Shown here: positions 1 through 14,141 of the stretch, one piece after another
Layout of the letters: the number at the start of each line of letters is the position of its first letter
Position numbering within the stretch: the first letter of the stretch is position 1
NCBI GenBank assembly: GCA_964016885.1
Contig: OZ024741.1
Coordinates: forward strand, 68,820,001-68,884,000
Length of the DNA: 64,000 nt
Origin: Eledone cirrhosa
Taxonomy: Eukaryota
Direction: 5' to 3'
Translations under genes and position numbers: made by a program
Notes under the pieces: generated by a model
Databases searched by the model: none
What the model was told of the DNA's origin: nothing
Seen by the model: the letters and a program-made list of their open reading frames with translations, nothing else

Positions 1-18
1 TATATACATATATATATG

Positions 19-52
<34 letters not shown>

Positions 53-147
53 TATATCATCATCATCATATATATATGTATAGATATATATATCATCATC
101 ATCATATATATATATATGTATAGATATATATATGTATATATATATAT

Positions 148-1489
148 GTCAGGCAAAAGTACCACAGACGCTCTTTTCATAGTACGACAACTACATGAGA
201 AGTACCTAGCTAAAGGTAAACCCCTCTACTTAGCTTTTGTCGACTTGGAGAAAGCCTTCGACAGAGTCCCCCGCTCCATTATCTGGTGGGCTCTTAGAAA
301 ACTAGGCGTTGACGAATGGTTTGTGAGGGCTATACAAGCCATGTATAAAGAAACAGTCAGCAAGGTTAGAATTAACAACGAATATAGTGAAGAGTTTAGC
401 GTAAAAGTTGGCGTCCATCAGGGCTCTGTTCTCAGCCCCCTACTATTTATTATTGCCCTTCAGGCTATAACAGAGGAGTTCAAGACAGGCTGCCCATGGG
501 AACTCCTATACGCAGACGACCTGACACTCATAGCGGAATCAATGGCCGAGCTAGAGAAGAAATTCCAAACATGGAAGCACGGCCTAGAGTCAAAAGGACT
601 TAAAATTAACCTGGCTAAGACCAAAGTTCTAGTTTGTAGGAAAGAAAACAAGGCGGCGGTCCCTTCTGGGAAATGGTCGTGCTCGGTGTGTAGGAAAGGC
701 GTAGGTAGAAACTCCATTTTATGTCCTAAATGCAAAGTATGGGTGCATAAAAGATGTAGTGGGATCACAGGTAAGCTAACTAAGAACATAGATTTTACAT
801 GTGGCCGGTGTTCTGGTGCAATAAGTAACAGCAAGTGCCCACCAAATACTAGCTCTTTCAATTGCGCAGAGGGTTCTATAGAAATAGTGGACAGCTTCCG
901 TTACCTGGGCGATAAAATCAGCAATGGGGGAGGGTGCTCTGAAAGTACAGTAGCTAGAGTCAGAACTGGTTGGAAAAAGTTCAGAGAGCTTATACCACTA
1001 TTAGCTGCTAAAGGGTTCTCCCTAAAAATGAAAGGCAGGTTGTACGATGCCTGCATACGAACAGCAATGTTGCATGGCAGTGAGACCTGGGCATTGTGTG
1101 CAGAGGATATACGCAGACTAGAGAGGAACGAAGCTTGCATGCTCCGCTGGATGTGTAACAGTAATATACGTGAACGGCAAAGCATAAACGAACTAAGGAA
1201 AAGATTAGAGATAAGAGGGATCAGATGTTGTTTACTCGAGAGAAGGCTACGTTGGTATGGACACGTGATGCGCATGAAAGTCGATAGCTGTATAACAAAG
1301 TGCAGGGCAATAAAGATAGACGGTAGCCACGGAATAGGCAGACCTAGAAAAACCTGGGACGAGCTGATAAACTCCGACCTCACACACTTACACCTCACCA
1401 AGACAATGTCACTGGACCGAGACCTTTGGCGGTACTCAGTAACAGAGAAGACCCGCCTTACCACCGAGACCTTTGGCGGTACTCAGTAA
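148..1489 (+). pseudogene. RTE reverse transcriptase C-terminal half with inserted PHD-type finger
   Basis: [43 protein letters not shown] motifs; track N-terminus (32-147) is microsatellite; 47-bp tandem duplication 1416-1509 alters the C-terminus. Confidence 0.9.
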
Positions 1490-1905
1490 CAGAGAAGACC
1501 CGCCTTACCTAAATATATAGTAAAACCTACTCCAGCCAGTAGGCATCTCTAACAAAATACACCCCGTCCCACCACCCCCACCCCATCCACACCACCCCGT
1601 TCTATGTAAAGTTATGTTGGTGCCGCGCCATCCAGGCCGAAACAAATGAGATCGTGTAGGTGTCACGACAAAAAAACACACAGTCCACGCTGTAATGTGG
1701 CCGTGTAGGCAACATGGTAAAAACCTCCCAGACCCACACTGTAAATGTGGTTGGTGTTAGGAAGGGCATCCAACTGTAGAAAACCTGCCAGACAGTCCTA
1801 TGCGAGCAAGACAATCACTCTTGCCTCAAGTGGGACTACCCCCGTCCAAACCCATGCAAGCGTGGAACACGGACGTTAAACGTTGATGATGATGATGATG
1901 ATGAT
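148..1905 (+). mobile_element. 5'-truncated RTE-clade LINE with (GAT)n tail
   Basis: Begins mid-RT (GKSTTDALF) right after (TA)n; ends CCATGCAAGCGTGG...GGACGTTAAACGTT(GAT)n; near-identical ~50-bp flank (atcatcatcatatatatatgtatagatatatatatgtat) on both sides. Confidence 0.9.
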
Positions 1906-1940
1906 ATATCATCATCATCATATATATATGTATAGATATA

Positions 1941-1993
<53 letters not shown>

Positions 1994-2045
1994 GTATATA
2001 TATATATATGTGTATATATATATGTATATATATATATATATATAT

Positions 2046-5000
2046 GCCAAAAAGCTTATCAGCACAGCAACAAAACAGCATAGGAACAACAACAAAATAT
2101 GAAGACGTCGCATCTCAGAGTTGCAACACTTAATGTTGGCACTCTCAGAGGTAGATCTGCTGAAATAGCGGAGATGCTGGAGAGAAGGCAGGTGGATGTG
2201 TGCTGCGTGCAAGAGGTGAGATGGAGAGGTGCCTCTGCGAGACTAGTCGTAGGCAAGTGTCTTAGCTATAAGCTATTCTGGGTAGGTAAGGATGATGGGT
2301 TAGGGGGAGTAGGCATTTTCCTGGCTGAGAAATGGATCAATAAGACAATAGAGGTACTTCGAGTTAGTAATCGAATAATTAAGCTTAGATTAGTTGTAGG
2401 TAGGAGACTACTGACAATCATCTCGGTCTATGCTCCCCAAGCAGGCCTAGGCAAAGATGAGAAAGACTGCTTTTATGAGCAACTTTTGCAAACAACCACA
2501 ATGACAGAGGACGGAGACATCGTTATGCTAGCAGGAGACTTCAATGGTCATGTTGGACAGCTCCAGGATGGTTACACTGGGGTACATGGTGGGCACGGTT
2601 ACGGTTCAAGAAATGAAGAAGGAGTGAGACTTCTTGAATTTTGTGATGCGAGTACATTGACTATTTGCAACACAAACTTCCAGAAACCTGCCAATCACCT
2701 AATAACCTACAAATCTGGTGAGCGCATAAGCCAGATTGACTTCCTGCTAGTTAGGCAGCGGGACAGGCAGATAGTGTCTAATACCAAGGCATACCCTGGG
2801 GAAGAATGTACCCCACAGCATAGGTTAGTTGTTAGTGATATCTCAGTAAGCAAGAGATGGAATGAGACATATAGGAAGATGTGGAGAAGAAAGGTCTGGA
2901 AGCTAAAAGACCTTTCACTAAAATACAAATTTAGGAAAGCCCTTCAAGATGTATATGACGAAAAAGAAGACGATTTAGAGACGTATGACATAAATAATAA
3001 CTGGAAGTTCTTACGTGACAACTTGCTGCAGGCTACTGATGAAACCTGTGGCTGGAGCAGAGCTCCAACCAGACAGAGAGTGACCTGGTGGTGGAACAGC
3101 ACAGTAGATAAGGCTATTAGAGACAAAAGACTAGCATGGAAGGCTTGGAAAAAGGGTGGGAGTAGGGAAGAATATACAGCCACTAAGAGAGAAGCTAGAC
3201 GTCAGGTGTACTTAGCACGCAGGGAGGCAGAGAGTAGGAGGTTTGCCAATGTTCTGCGACGGGAAGATCAGAGGCGTGCGGTGTTCCACATTGCAAGGCA
3301 GTGTGTCAATGCAAATCAGGATGTTGTTGGAGATAAATGTGTCCGGGATGATGCCGGTGTACTTAGTGTCACGAATGACCAGAAAAAGGAGGCCTGGAAA
3401 TGTCATTATGAGAGACGGATGAATGTGGAGAACGAATGGGAGAGAGAGAAATTACCCTTGGTAGATCCAACAGAGGGACCAGCTATTGAGATTGACGAAT
3501 ATAGGGTCCAAGAGGCGATTAGGGAAATGAAAAATGGTAAGGCGGCCGGACCATCGGGAATAGTTGCTGAGATGCTGAAGGCATCAGGGGACGTAGGCAC
3601 TAAACTGGTTGCACGCATCATCAATCAGGCTATATATGGTGGTGTCATACCCAAAGACTGGTGCAGCAGTATTCTCATAAATTGCTACAAAGGTAAAGGG
3701 GATGCTTTGGAGAGGAGCAATTATAGGGGTATAAAACTGATAGATCAGGTTATGAAAGTGGCAGATAGGATTTTAGCACAACTAATTAGAGAAAGGGTCA
3801 AACTAGATGAGATGCAGTTTGGTTTTGTGCCTGGGAAGAGTACAACAGATGCCCTCTTCTTGATGAGACAAATGCAAGAGAGGTTCTTAGAGAAGAATAA
3901 GCCACTATACTTAGTCTTTGTTGACCTAGAGAAGGCCTTTGATAGGGTACCCCGATCTGTCATCTGGTGGTCCCTAAGGAAGCTAGGTGTTGAGGAATGG
4001 CTTGTGAGGACAGTGCAAACTTTGTACAGAGGTACTCTTAGTAAAGTCAGGGTAGGAATGGAGTTTAGTGAGGAATTCCAGATACAAGTAGGAGTACATC
4101 AAGGTTCGGTCCTCAGCCCGCTCTTGTTCATTATAGTCCTCCAAGCCATAACAGAGGAGTTTAAGACTGGCTGTCCATGGGAACTTCTCTATGCTGACGA
4201 TCTGGCTCTTATAGCAGAATCAGTAGAGGAGCTAGAGAATAAATTCCGGCTATGGAAACAGCAGTTGGAAGCAAGAGGACTGAGAGTAAATCTAGCTAAG
4301 ACAAAAGTGTTGATGAGTAGAAAAGAGGACAAAACCCTGATTCCGTCAGGGAAATGGCCATGTTCGATATGCAGAAAAGGAACTGGCATAAATTCTATAA
4401 AATGCACACAATGCAGGTCCTGGGTACACAAGAGATGTAGCGGGATAGCAGGCAAACTAACAGGTAGGGAGAAATATGTATGCAGTAGATGTACAGGGAA
4501 ATTAGACAGTAGAAGTAGCACTGATAGACACATTTTTCAAATGCGAGAGGGCGCTATAGAAGTGGTGGATAGCTTCCGGTACCTAGGAGATCAGATTAGC
4601 ATGGGACGAGGGTGTTCTGAGGCCATAGTATCTAGAATAAGGACGGGTTGGAAGAAGTTTAGGGAGCTGCTTCCTCTGTTGACGAAGAAGGGTTTCTCCC
4701 TGCGTACGAAAGGCCGGTTGTATGATGCCTGTGTGAGGAGCGCGATGCTGCATGGTAGTGAGACATGGGCAGCAACCGCAGAGGATATGCGACGGCTGGA
4801 GAGAAATGAGGCAAGCATGCTCCGTTGGATGTGCAGTGTAAATGTGCGTGAACGACCCAGCATAAATGTGTTGAGAGAGAAAGAGTGTCTGAGAGGGATA
4901 GAATGTAGTGTACGGGAGAGGAGACTGAGGTGGTATGGACATGTGATGCGCATGGAAGATGACCGATGGGTGAAGAAGTGCCAGGAAATGCCAGTTGAAG

Positions 5001-5189
5001 GAAGACGTGGTAGAGGTAGACCACGAAAAACATGGGCAGAGGTGGTGAGAACAGACCTCAGATCATTGAAGCTCACGGTGGAGATGACGAGGGACCGTGA
5101 CGAGTGGAGAGATGCTGTGCTGAATAAGACCCGTCCCACCCTTGCAAGCAGGGAAAAGCGGACGTAAAATGATGATGATGATGATGATG
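2046..5189 (+). mobile_element. Near full-length RTE LINE inserted in (TA)n
   Basis: Single ORF, very short 3' end CCCTTGCAAGCAGGG...GGACGTAAAAT(GAT)n, TA-repeat flanks. Confidence 0.9.
2099..5167 (+). CDS. RTE-clade LINE ORF: AP endonuclease + reverse transcriptase + PHD-type zinc finger (1022 aa, uninterrupted)
   Basis: APE motifs [30 protein letters not shown]; RT motifs [30 protein letters not shown]; no stops or frameshifts. Confidence 0.95.
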   Translation: MKTSHLRVATLNVGTLRGRSAEIAEMLERRQVDVCCVQEVRWRGASARLVVGKCLSYKLFWVGKDDGLGGVGIFLAEKWINKTIEVLRVSNRIIKLRLVVGRRLLTIISVYAPQAGLGKDEKDCFYEQLLQTTTMTEDGDIVMLAGDFNGHVGQLQDGYTGVHGGHGYGSRNEEGVRLLEFCDASTLTICNTNFQKPANHLITYKSGERISQIDFLLVRQRDRQIVSNTKAYPGEECTPQHRLVVSDISVSKRWNETYRKMWRRKVWKLKDLSLKYKFRKALQDVYDEKEDDLETYDINNNWKFLRDNLLQATDETCGWSRAPTRQRVTWWWNSTVDKAIRDKRLAWKAWKKGGSREEYTATKREARRQVYLARREAESRRFANVLRREDQRRAVFHIARQCVNANQDVVGDKCVRDDAGVLSVTNDQKKEAWKCHYERRMNVENEWEREKLPLVDPTEGPAIEIDEYRVQEAIREMKNGKAAGPSGIVAEMLKASGDVGTKLVARIINQAIYGGVIPKDWCSSILINCYKGKGDALERSNYRGIKLIDQVMKVADRILAQLIRERVKLDEMQFGFVPGKSTTDALFLMRQMQERFLEKNKPLYLVFVDLEKAFDRVPRSVIWWSLRKLGVEEWLVRTVQTLYRGTLSKVRVGMEFSEEFQIQVGVHQGSVLSPLLFIIVLQAITEEFKTGCPWELLYADDLALIAESVEELENKFRLWKQQLEARGLRVNLAKTKVLMSRKEDKTLIPSGKWPCSICRKGTGINSIKCTQCRSWVHKRCSGIAGKLTGREKYVCSRCTGKLDSRSSTDRHIFQMREGAIEVVDSFRYLGDQISMGRGCSEAIVSRIRTGWKKFRELLPLLTKKGFSLRTKGRLYDACVRSAMLHGSETWAATAEDMRRLERNEASMLRWMCSVNVRERPSINVLREKECLRGIECSVRERRLRWYGHVMRMEDDRWVKKCQEMPVEGRRGRGRPRKTWAEVVRTDLRSLKLTVEMTRDRDEWRDAVLNKTRPTLASREKRT

Positions 5190-5213
5190 TATAGATATAT
5201 ATATATGTATATA

Positions 5214-7733
5214 TCTATATATATAAAGGGAAGATCGACATTGTTTATTGTACCGAACTTGCATGCTACACCGTTCATCCAATTTTCATGAAAACTCACA
5301 CATATATAAAACTCAACGCGTAGAGTGGAATAGGCTACTTGAAATTTTCGAAAAATCGATAATCGGGCCCTATGACAGAATGTTTTTCGATTCCAATGAA
5401 ATTTTATGTGAATTCGAACACAAGAACTCTTAGTTTACATCTGGCGCAATAAAAAGAAATTTCATATACCCATATAAGGACGTGCGTTATTGATTGGACG
5501 GCCAGCTGCATGTCTTCCCAGCTGTCTCAGTAAACTACCGACCGTTAAAGAGTTTATCTTTTCATATTCCACCTTATTCAAGTGGAAATACAGTATTATC
5601 CCTATCTGAAAAGGGAACCAAATTTAATGGTGTCTTTTGTGAACCTAAAAGCTGTGAGTAAATTTTCAAACAGTCTTAAATAATCATGCTTTTTGAAAAA
5701 AAAATTACTAAATAATACGTTGACCAAGTTGTGTTGTACACATACAATACAAGTAAAAAAATTTACGTCGTACCAATGTTTTCCTTTTTTAAACAAAAGA
5801 TTCTAAAAAATTACTTAATTTATAATACAGTCTTTTGCACAGGAAGTGAGTAACTTTTCGGGTGTTTAAACGTAAGTTCACCAGGGTTTGTGTCTTCATT
5901 ATTAACCCACCTCTAATGGCATTTTTTGTTCTGCTTACGACTAAATATTATGAGCGTATTTGCAATTAATTGCGCACACGTGCACACCTGCATGCAGTTA
6001 GACACTGACAGCCAATAAAAAAAATCGATAACTTGCTTATTAAGATATCGGTCAAAAAGAGAGATTGAATGTACTTTAGAACATTTTTTGAATATATTGT
6101 TCTTTTTGGCATGATATGTCAGAAATATAGCTACTATACACTTTGGTTATTTTTTGTAACTAAAAAAACGGTTCCTTTTGGGTGGATACTTAACGAGAAA
6201 AATCCTAGGGTTTTGGACAAGTTTGTTTCAGGCGCTGTATAGACGCCTATTTTGTCACACCTTGGTCATGAATTCGTATTCTTTTCCAATAGATATTTTC
6301 CGCTCTATAAGGCTCACCAGGATATAAGGCGTATCATTTAAAATCAGGTCCGCGCAACGACGTGTAAGGCCAACCAGAAAATGCTATCTTCTTTACTTTT
6401 AGTCTAGATCTATTACTTCTGTTAGAGCCGTGATTGATTACCATTGTATTATTTATACATAAGGCTCACCGGAGTATAAAGCGCAGAGCTGTTTTTTTTA
6501 TTAAATTTAATTATTTTAAGTGCAATTTATAGACCGGAAAATTCGGTAAGTTATTGTAATCATATTTCAAAACCTTCCCATTCACCAGTAACCATGCTAA
6601 CGAATCTGGTGTCATCTCTCTCTGTATTTAATCACCTCTCTCTAACCTAACAGCTTCGTTACACGTCGTTATGCCCACACGGAAACGTTCAAGACTTACC
6701 TCCAAAAAAGGTACAGCTATTGCTTTGAGACAACGAATTAGGCGTTCTCAAGTGTGAGTTCATTCACAATTGATTAATCCTTTATGCAATATTCTCCCTT
6801 AATGTTAGCAAGTACTGCGTTTATCCTAACTGTCACCACTTTTAAGCAACTACAACATTCTAATCGTAGTTATATTAAATTTATTGTCTTACCTTGATTC
6901 CCTTTTGTTCATGTTAGACTTTTCTCATTTACTATTGACACTGCCATTGGCTTAGCTAACCAGTAGAATTAATTAATTTTCTCTAGGAAACACCTGATGA
7001 GCGCGAATCTCGACTCGCTGATAGACGTCTTTCCCGGCTGGTTGAGTCACCAACATCACGTACGACAAGGCTTGCTGATGTTCGCCTTCGTCGCCAACAA
7101 GCGCTGACGGAGGAATCACCAACATCCCGTCAGACGAGGCTTGAGGCTGTGGCAAAGGGCAATAACCCTAGATACAATTTTGATCAACTTTTTTTCACCT
7201 ATAGCAAATTTACCGGGACAGGTTTTTAGCTACTCAAATCTACTTCAGAGATCACGCATTGATGTAAAAAATCAATAAAACTGAAGCGGGGCTCAACTTT
7301 GCGCAAAAAAACAAGGCAAAGTTACACATGGGAAAACTTTTTACAGGAACGTCCTATATTCTTGAAAACTGTCACAAAAGACTCGCCATTATGCCGCGGT
7401 TAAGATAAAGGCCCTTTTAATTCTTCTTCTGCACATGTGAGCGCAAAAATTGTAAAAAAAAAAACCCTGAAAGTAATCGACATTTTCACCCTGCTTTAAA
7501 TTAACTGAACATTCAATATCAAGCGATTTTGACTTCCGCCAGTCGTGCAGAGAACAATTTCAACGATACACTGTGTAACTACAATTAATAAATTACACAC
7601 CTGTGTCTACTAACCTATTTTTTTCCATTGAAGTTCGAAGTTTTGAACCTGTGATGCGCGGGAAGTAACTTTCACACATTCTAACAGACCAAAGGTCGAC
7701 TTACACCTGGGCAACGCCGGGTACTTCTGCTAG
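5214..7733 (+). mobile_element. Non-autonomous Helitron
   Basis: 5' TC(TATATATATAAA) after an A; 3' hairpin ACCTGG-GCAACG-CCGGGT then CTAG followed by T; no RepHel ORF. Confidence 0.7.
6290..6548. mobile_element. Degenerate pogo/Tigger-like MITE nested in the Helitron
   Basis: Imperfect inverted termini TATTTTCCGCTCTATAAGGC / TTTATAGACCGGAAAATTCGGTA and internal TAAGGC repeats. Confidence 0.4.
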
Positions 7734-7773
7734 TATATATATATATATATGTATATATATGTATATATATATG

Positions 7774-7804
<31 letters not shown>

Positions 7805-7829
7805 GTGTATATATATATGTATATATATG

Positions 7830-7878
<49 letters not shown>

Positions 7879-8232
7879 ATATATATATTGTTATACTTTG
7901 GGAGGGTCATGTTGCCAATAAGAAACACACGCACCAGTTGCTTTCACTTCAATTTAATTTAATATATATTTATAAATTTACAAATTTATAAATTTCTGGT
8001 TGGTTGGTTGGTTCCACAACCAGATAGTTGTTTATATATATATATAGTCATAGTTCTTTCGTCACACACTCTGTGACCTCTTCAGTGACTGGGGATTTCT
8101 TTCTTCGTTTCTGTGCCTTTCCTTTCTTCTATCCTACGCCATTTTGTTTGTGTGTGGGTTGCGTGCTCAGTTTGCGCATGCGCCACATCCGGGTGTCTGT
8201 GTGTGTTTGTGTTCATTTTTCTATTTTTCTAT

Positions 8233-8745
8233 TTATATTTGTTTGTTTATTTATTTAGAAGGGCCCTAAAGAAACATAATCTCAATATTAAGATAGTAGA
8301 AAGACCTGGTACCTCCGTAAAAACACTTATTAGCAAGACATACCCGTTCCAAAGACCCTCATGTATAGATAAGAAATGTATAACCTGTAAAATAAGCCCC
8401 CATATTAACTGTAAAACTAGAAATGTAGTATATAGCATAAGATGTACTGAAGGACAATGTAGAAACAAAAATATAGTGTACATAGGTGAGACAGCTCGTA
8501 GTATAGGGGAACGAATAAATGAACACTGGCGAGACCTCCAAGATAGTAAAGAATCATCTGTGCTCTACCAACATGCTAAGATAGAACACAGGGGTAAATT
8601 AGAGAGCATAGAAATAAAAATAGAATCCACACACAAGAAAGACGCAATGTTTAGGCAAATTACAGAGGCAGTAAGCATAAAAGAATTAAAACCAAAATTA
8701 AATAGAAAATATGAGTGGAACAGCAACATCACAACTTACAATTAA
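8233..8745 (+). pseudogene. PLE C-terminal Cys-linker + GIY-YIG endonuclease fragment
   Basis: CIDKKCITC...NCKTRNVVYSIRC...VYIGETARSIGERINEH...LYQH...H...RQITEAVSI...LNRKYEW. Confidence 0.85.
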
Positions 8746-9042
8746 GGACAAAATGAAAACACACACACACATAGAACAAACAACTTACAATTGAAAACAC
8801 ACACAAAATGAAAACACACACAAGACAAAATGAAAACACACACACACATAGAACAAACAACCAACCAACAATAAATAAATAAATAAACAAACAAATATAA
8901 ATAGAAAAATAGAAAAATGAACACAAACACACACAGACACCCGGATGTGGCGCATGCGCAAACTGAGCACGCAACCCACACACAAACAAAATGGCGTAGG
9001 ATAGAAGAAAGGAAAGGCACAGAAACGAAGAAAGAAATCCCC

Positions 9043-9087
9043 AGTCACTGAAGAGGTCACAGAGTGTGTGACGAAAGAACTATGACT
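9043..9087 (+). ncRNA. Minimal type I hammerhead ribozyme (family A pLTR); copies at 8046-8090(-), ~23226-23270(-), ~56056-56099(+)
   Basis: AGTCA-CTGAAGA-G-GTCACA(gagtg)TGTGAC-GAAA-GAAC-TA-TGACT. Confidence 0.7.
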
Positions 9088-9299
9088 ATATATATATATA
9101 AACAACTATCTGGTTGTGGAACCAACCAACCAACCAGAAATTTATAAATTTGTAAATTTATAAATATATATTAAATTAAATTGAAGTGAAAGCAACTGGT
9201 GCGTGTGTTTCTTATTGGCAACATGACCCTCCCAAAGTATAACAATATCGGTTTCAACACACGATTTCAGATAAAGAATCTTGCTAAACAAATTCAGAA

Positions 9300-9339
<40 letters not shown>

Positions 9340-9364
9340 ATATATATATATGTGTGTATATATA

Positions 9365-9458
<94 letters not shown>

Positions 9459-9630
9459 TATGTATGTATATATATATATATATATGTAATATAGTATTTA
9501 CGTATCGAGAAAGTGAAAAAAGGGGGGATAGGTGATACATATAGTTATTTGCCAAGTAGCGTATGCCAAAGGTGCTCGATACTAGTGCCGGCAGTATTAA
9601 ATATTCGAAGTGTTAATATTTAGTGGGCTA

Positions 9631-9806
9631 CGGTGGATTGGCAGTATTGGTAGAGGGTCGGACGCCATATTTGACGTTACGACCCTTGCCATTCTGAGTT
9701 CAAATTCCGCCGAGGTTAACTTTGCCTTTCATCCTTACGGGGTCGATAAAATAAAGTACCAGTAATGCACTGGGTAATTGCTGGCCTTGTGCCAAACGTA
9801 GAAACA
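9631..9806 (+). mobile_element. tRNA-type SINE with 16-bp TSD
   Basis: A/B-box-like TGGCAGTATTGG...GAGTTCAAATTCC, core GCCTTTCATCCTTACGGGGTCGATAAAATAAAGTACCAG; AATATTTAGTGGGCTA at 9615-9630 and 9807-9822. Confidence 0.8.
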
Positions 9807-9839
9807 AATATTTAGTGGGCTAGAGAGTTAGCAGAGCGT

Positions 9840-10120
9840 AAGCACGTGGGAAAGTAAAAATCGGAGAGTAGACCGTTAAAACATGTTTATTTAAAATATC
9901 ACCTACGTACGTTTCGCCCAGTTGGGCTTCTGAAGGGCATAAATAATCACAAGTGTTCCATATATAGTTCGGAAAGAGTTTTGGGGGTTAAATCTACATC
10001 AAGATTCATTGCTCGGAAAAATATCTTGTTTTGATTTTGCAGCAGGTCAAGGGAGGTTACTCTGGCCGGTGTTAGGGCAGTCTTTCCCGGATAATTTTTT
10101 TTTCTTAAAGGACTCAAACA

Positions 10121-10122
<2 letters not shown>
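9840..10122 (-). mobile_element. Probable PLE 3'-end remnant with degenerate hammerhead
   Basis: Minus strand GCCCA-ac-TGGGC-GAAA-CGTACG-TA followed by AATAAA; CUGANGA box not canonical; abuts (TA)n. Confidence 0.4.
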
Positions 10123-12040
<1,918 letters not shown>

Positions 12041-12117
12041 GATATTAACAAATGGAAACTATATTTATCATATTTATTTCATTATACATATTTCGAGGAC
12101 AACAAGTTAAATATACA

Positions 12118-12152
<35 letters not shown>

Positions 12153-12156
<4 letters not shown>

Positions 12157-12576
12157 GTAGGAGGTGAGTTTTATTGTAGTACAATAAAGCAATGCAGATA
12201 TCGGATAAGAAGCACTCTACAATTTGTAGGACTGGAGTATACATAATATAAGATCAAAAGATGGTTAAAGGAGTTCCATGTATTTTATTATGCGCATTTC
12301 AAAAACAAACATCATCATGCAATAATATTTGTGTTTTCATCAGATAAAACAGGAGAACATGATATGAAGGCTAAAAAACACTTGTGGATAGTGCAGTTTT
12401 AAATCAACATATGTTGATATGTTGATTTAAAACTGCACTATCCACAAGTGTTTTTTAGCCTTCATATCATGTTCTCCTGTTTTATCTGATGAAAACACAA
12501 ATATTATTGCATGATGATGTTTGTTTTTGAAATGCGCATAATAAAATACATGGAACTCCTTTAACCATCTTTTGAT

Positions 12577-12582
<6 letters not shown>
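12153..12582 (-). mobile_element. Family F fold-back copy (near-perfect ~165-bp arms plus extension)
   Basis: Palindrome 12248-12582 centred on CAACATATGTTGATATGTTG (~12415); 12153-12247 matches the extension at 11850-11941 in reverse. Confidence 0.75.
12480..12546 (+). ncRNA. Hammerhead ribozyme, canonical core, palindromic stem III (family F)
   Basis: TTTTAT-CTGATGA-[long stem II]-GAAA-TGCGCA-TA-ATAAAA. Confidence 0.8.
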
Positions 12583-12613
<31 letters not shown>

Positions 12614-14141
12614 GATAAAAAGGACGATTGATTATTCCTTCATTGCATTTATTGATGGGTGACGCGCGTTTCGCCACTGATCAGTCCAAGGTTCGATCTA
12701 TATCGATCCTACCCGACTCAATAATCTGCAGCTCGACGGACCCTCTTAAAATGCTATAAGAAAATGAAATACATGCTATGTGGTAAAGTCAGAGTTTCAA
12801 GAGTTTGACAAAATGAGTTGTTTTGATTGGTGATAAGGATCAAGGCGATGTATTGGCCTGTAGTGTATATGGGGGTGGGTGTGATGGTGAGATGTTGGTG
12901 ACGGTCTGTGTATGAGGTGGGCTGTGGTGTGGTGGTGGTGGTGGGTTGGCCTTGGCGTGTAGAGTATGTGGGGGTGGATGTGATGATATGGTGGTGGTTA
13001 GGGTTATTTAGTGGGATGGGCTGTGGTATGAGGTTAGTGGATTGTCAGTAGACGGGTTGGCGTGTGGTTGGGGTGTGGTAGTGGTGCCGTTGTCTATGGT
13101 AGCGGCGTTTGTGGTGGTGTCGTGGATGTATTGGTGGCGTCAGGTCCTTACATAGATACATAGTTAGACGCACTTCGTCTGACAGATACCTTGTATATAC
13201 GTATACGTACACACATATATGTATATATGTGCACATATATTGTTGTATAAACATACACAACATAAAACACATACGCACATCCTTGCCCACACATATCGGC
13301 ATACGTTCACACACGGCCATATGTATATGTACACACATGTATGTGCATGCGCGCATGCGAGCACGAATATGGAGAGTGGGGGAGTATCGGTGGGGGTGGC
13401 GAACGACTGAGATGGGGGGAAGGTGAGAGGCGATGTAGAAGGTGTTTTACATATATACATACACACATACACATGGGTATGGGCACATGGACTCACTCAT
13501 GTATGCAAGATATATACATACACACTCGCACACACGTATACTCACACACATATATATATATATATACATACATATATACATACACACACATGTACCGACA
13601 ACACACACATACACATACATGAGCTGACCTACACATACAGTCAGATTTACCCATATACATATATGCAGACGTACACATACACACACATACATATATACAC
13701 ACACATACACATTTGCATACACATACACACATATATATACATATACACACACATAGACATATGCATACACATGTGTTCACATACTCACACACGCACATAG
13801 AGATAAATTTGCGTACACGCACGCACACTTAAAACGCCCGTATGAGTAAAACACTTACACACAGACACACACACTATTATTGGTTGGGGAGTGGAGGTAT
13901 GTTTTGTCGATGTTGATGAAGTATGGGGTTGTGTTTTGTGGTGGAGTTGTGAGGGACAAAAATATATATACCGGATCGAATACCGGTTAAAAGGTGACAT
14001 AGGGAACGCGGGGGGGAAAGCGTTTATGGACGTACGGCGATGTGTGTTGTGGACATGGTGATGGTGGTGGTGCTGGGGTGATATGTTCGACCAGATGATT
14101 ACATGATCAGAGGTTACGGTGTGTTATATGGTAGGCAGACG

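Larger units (their letters stand above)
7888..9300 (+). mobile_element. Penelope-like element family A (Neptune-like): inverted pLTR + GIY-YIG end + pLTR + 3' extension
   Basis: 7888-~8235 is the reverse complement of ~8878-9245; GIY-YIG remnant lies between; (TA)n on both sides. Confidence 0.85.

Noticed and set aside
460-5139. Antisense ORFs over the RTE elements
   Set aside because: Shadow frames of the RT ORF with no independent motifs
12153-12582. Palindromes as sequencing or assembly fold-back artefacts
   Set aside because: Architecture recurs with family-specific boundaries, many arms carry mismatches and one has a one-sided insertion; not excluded for this particular perfect copy without reads
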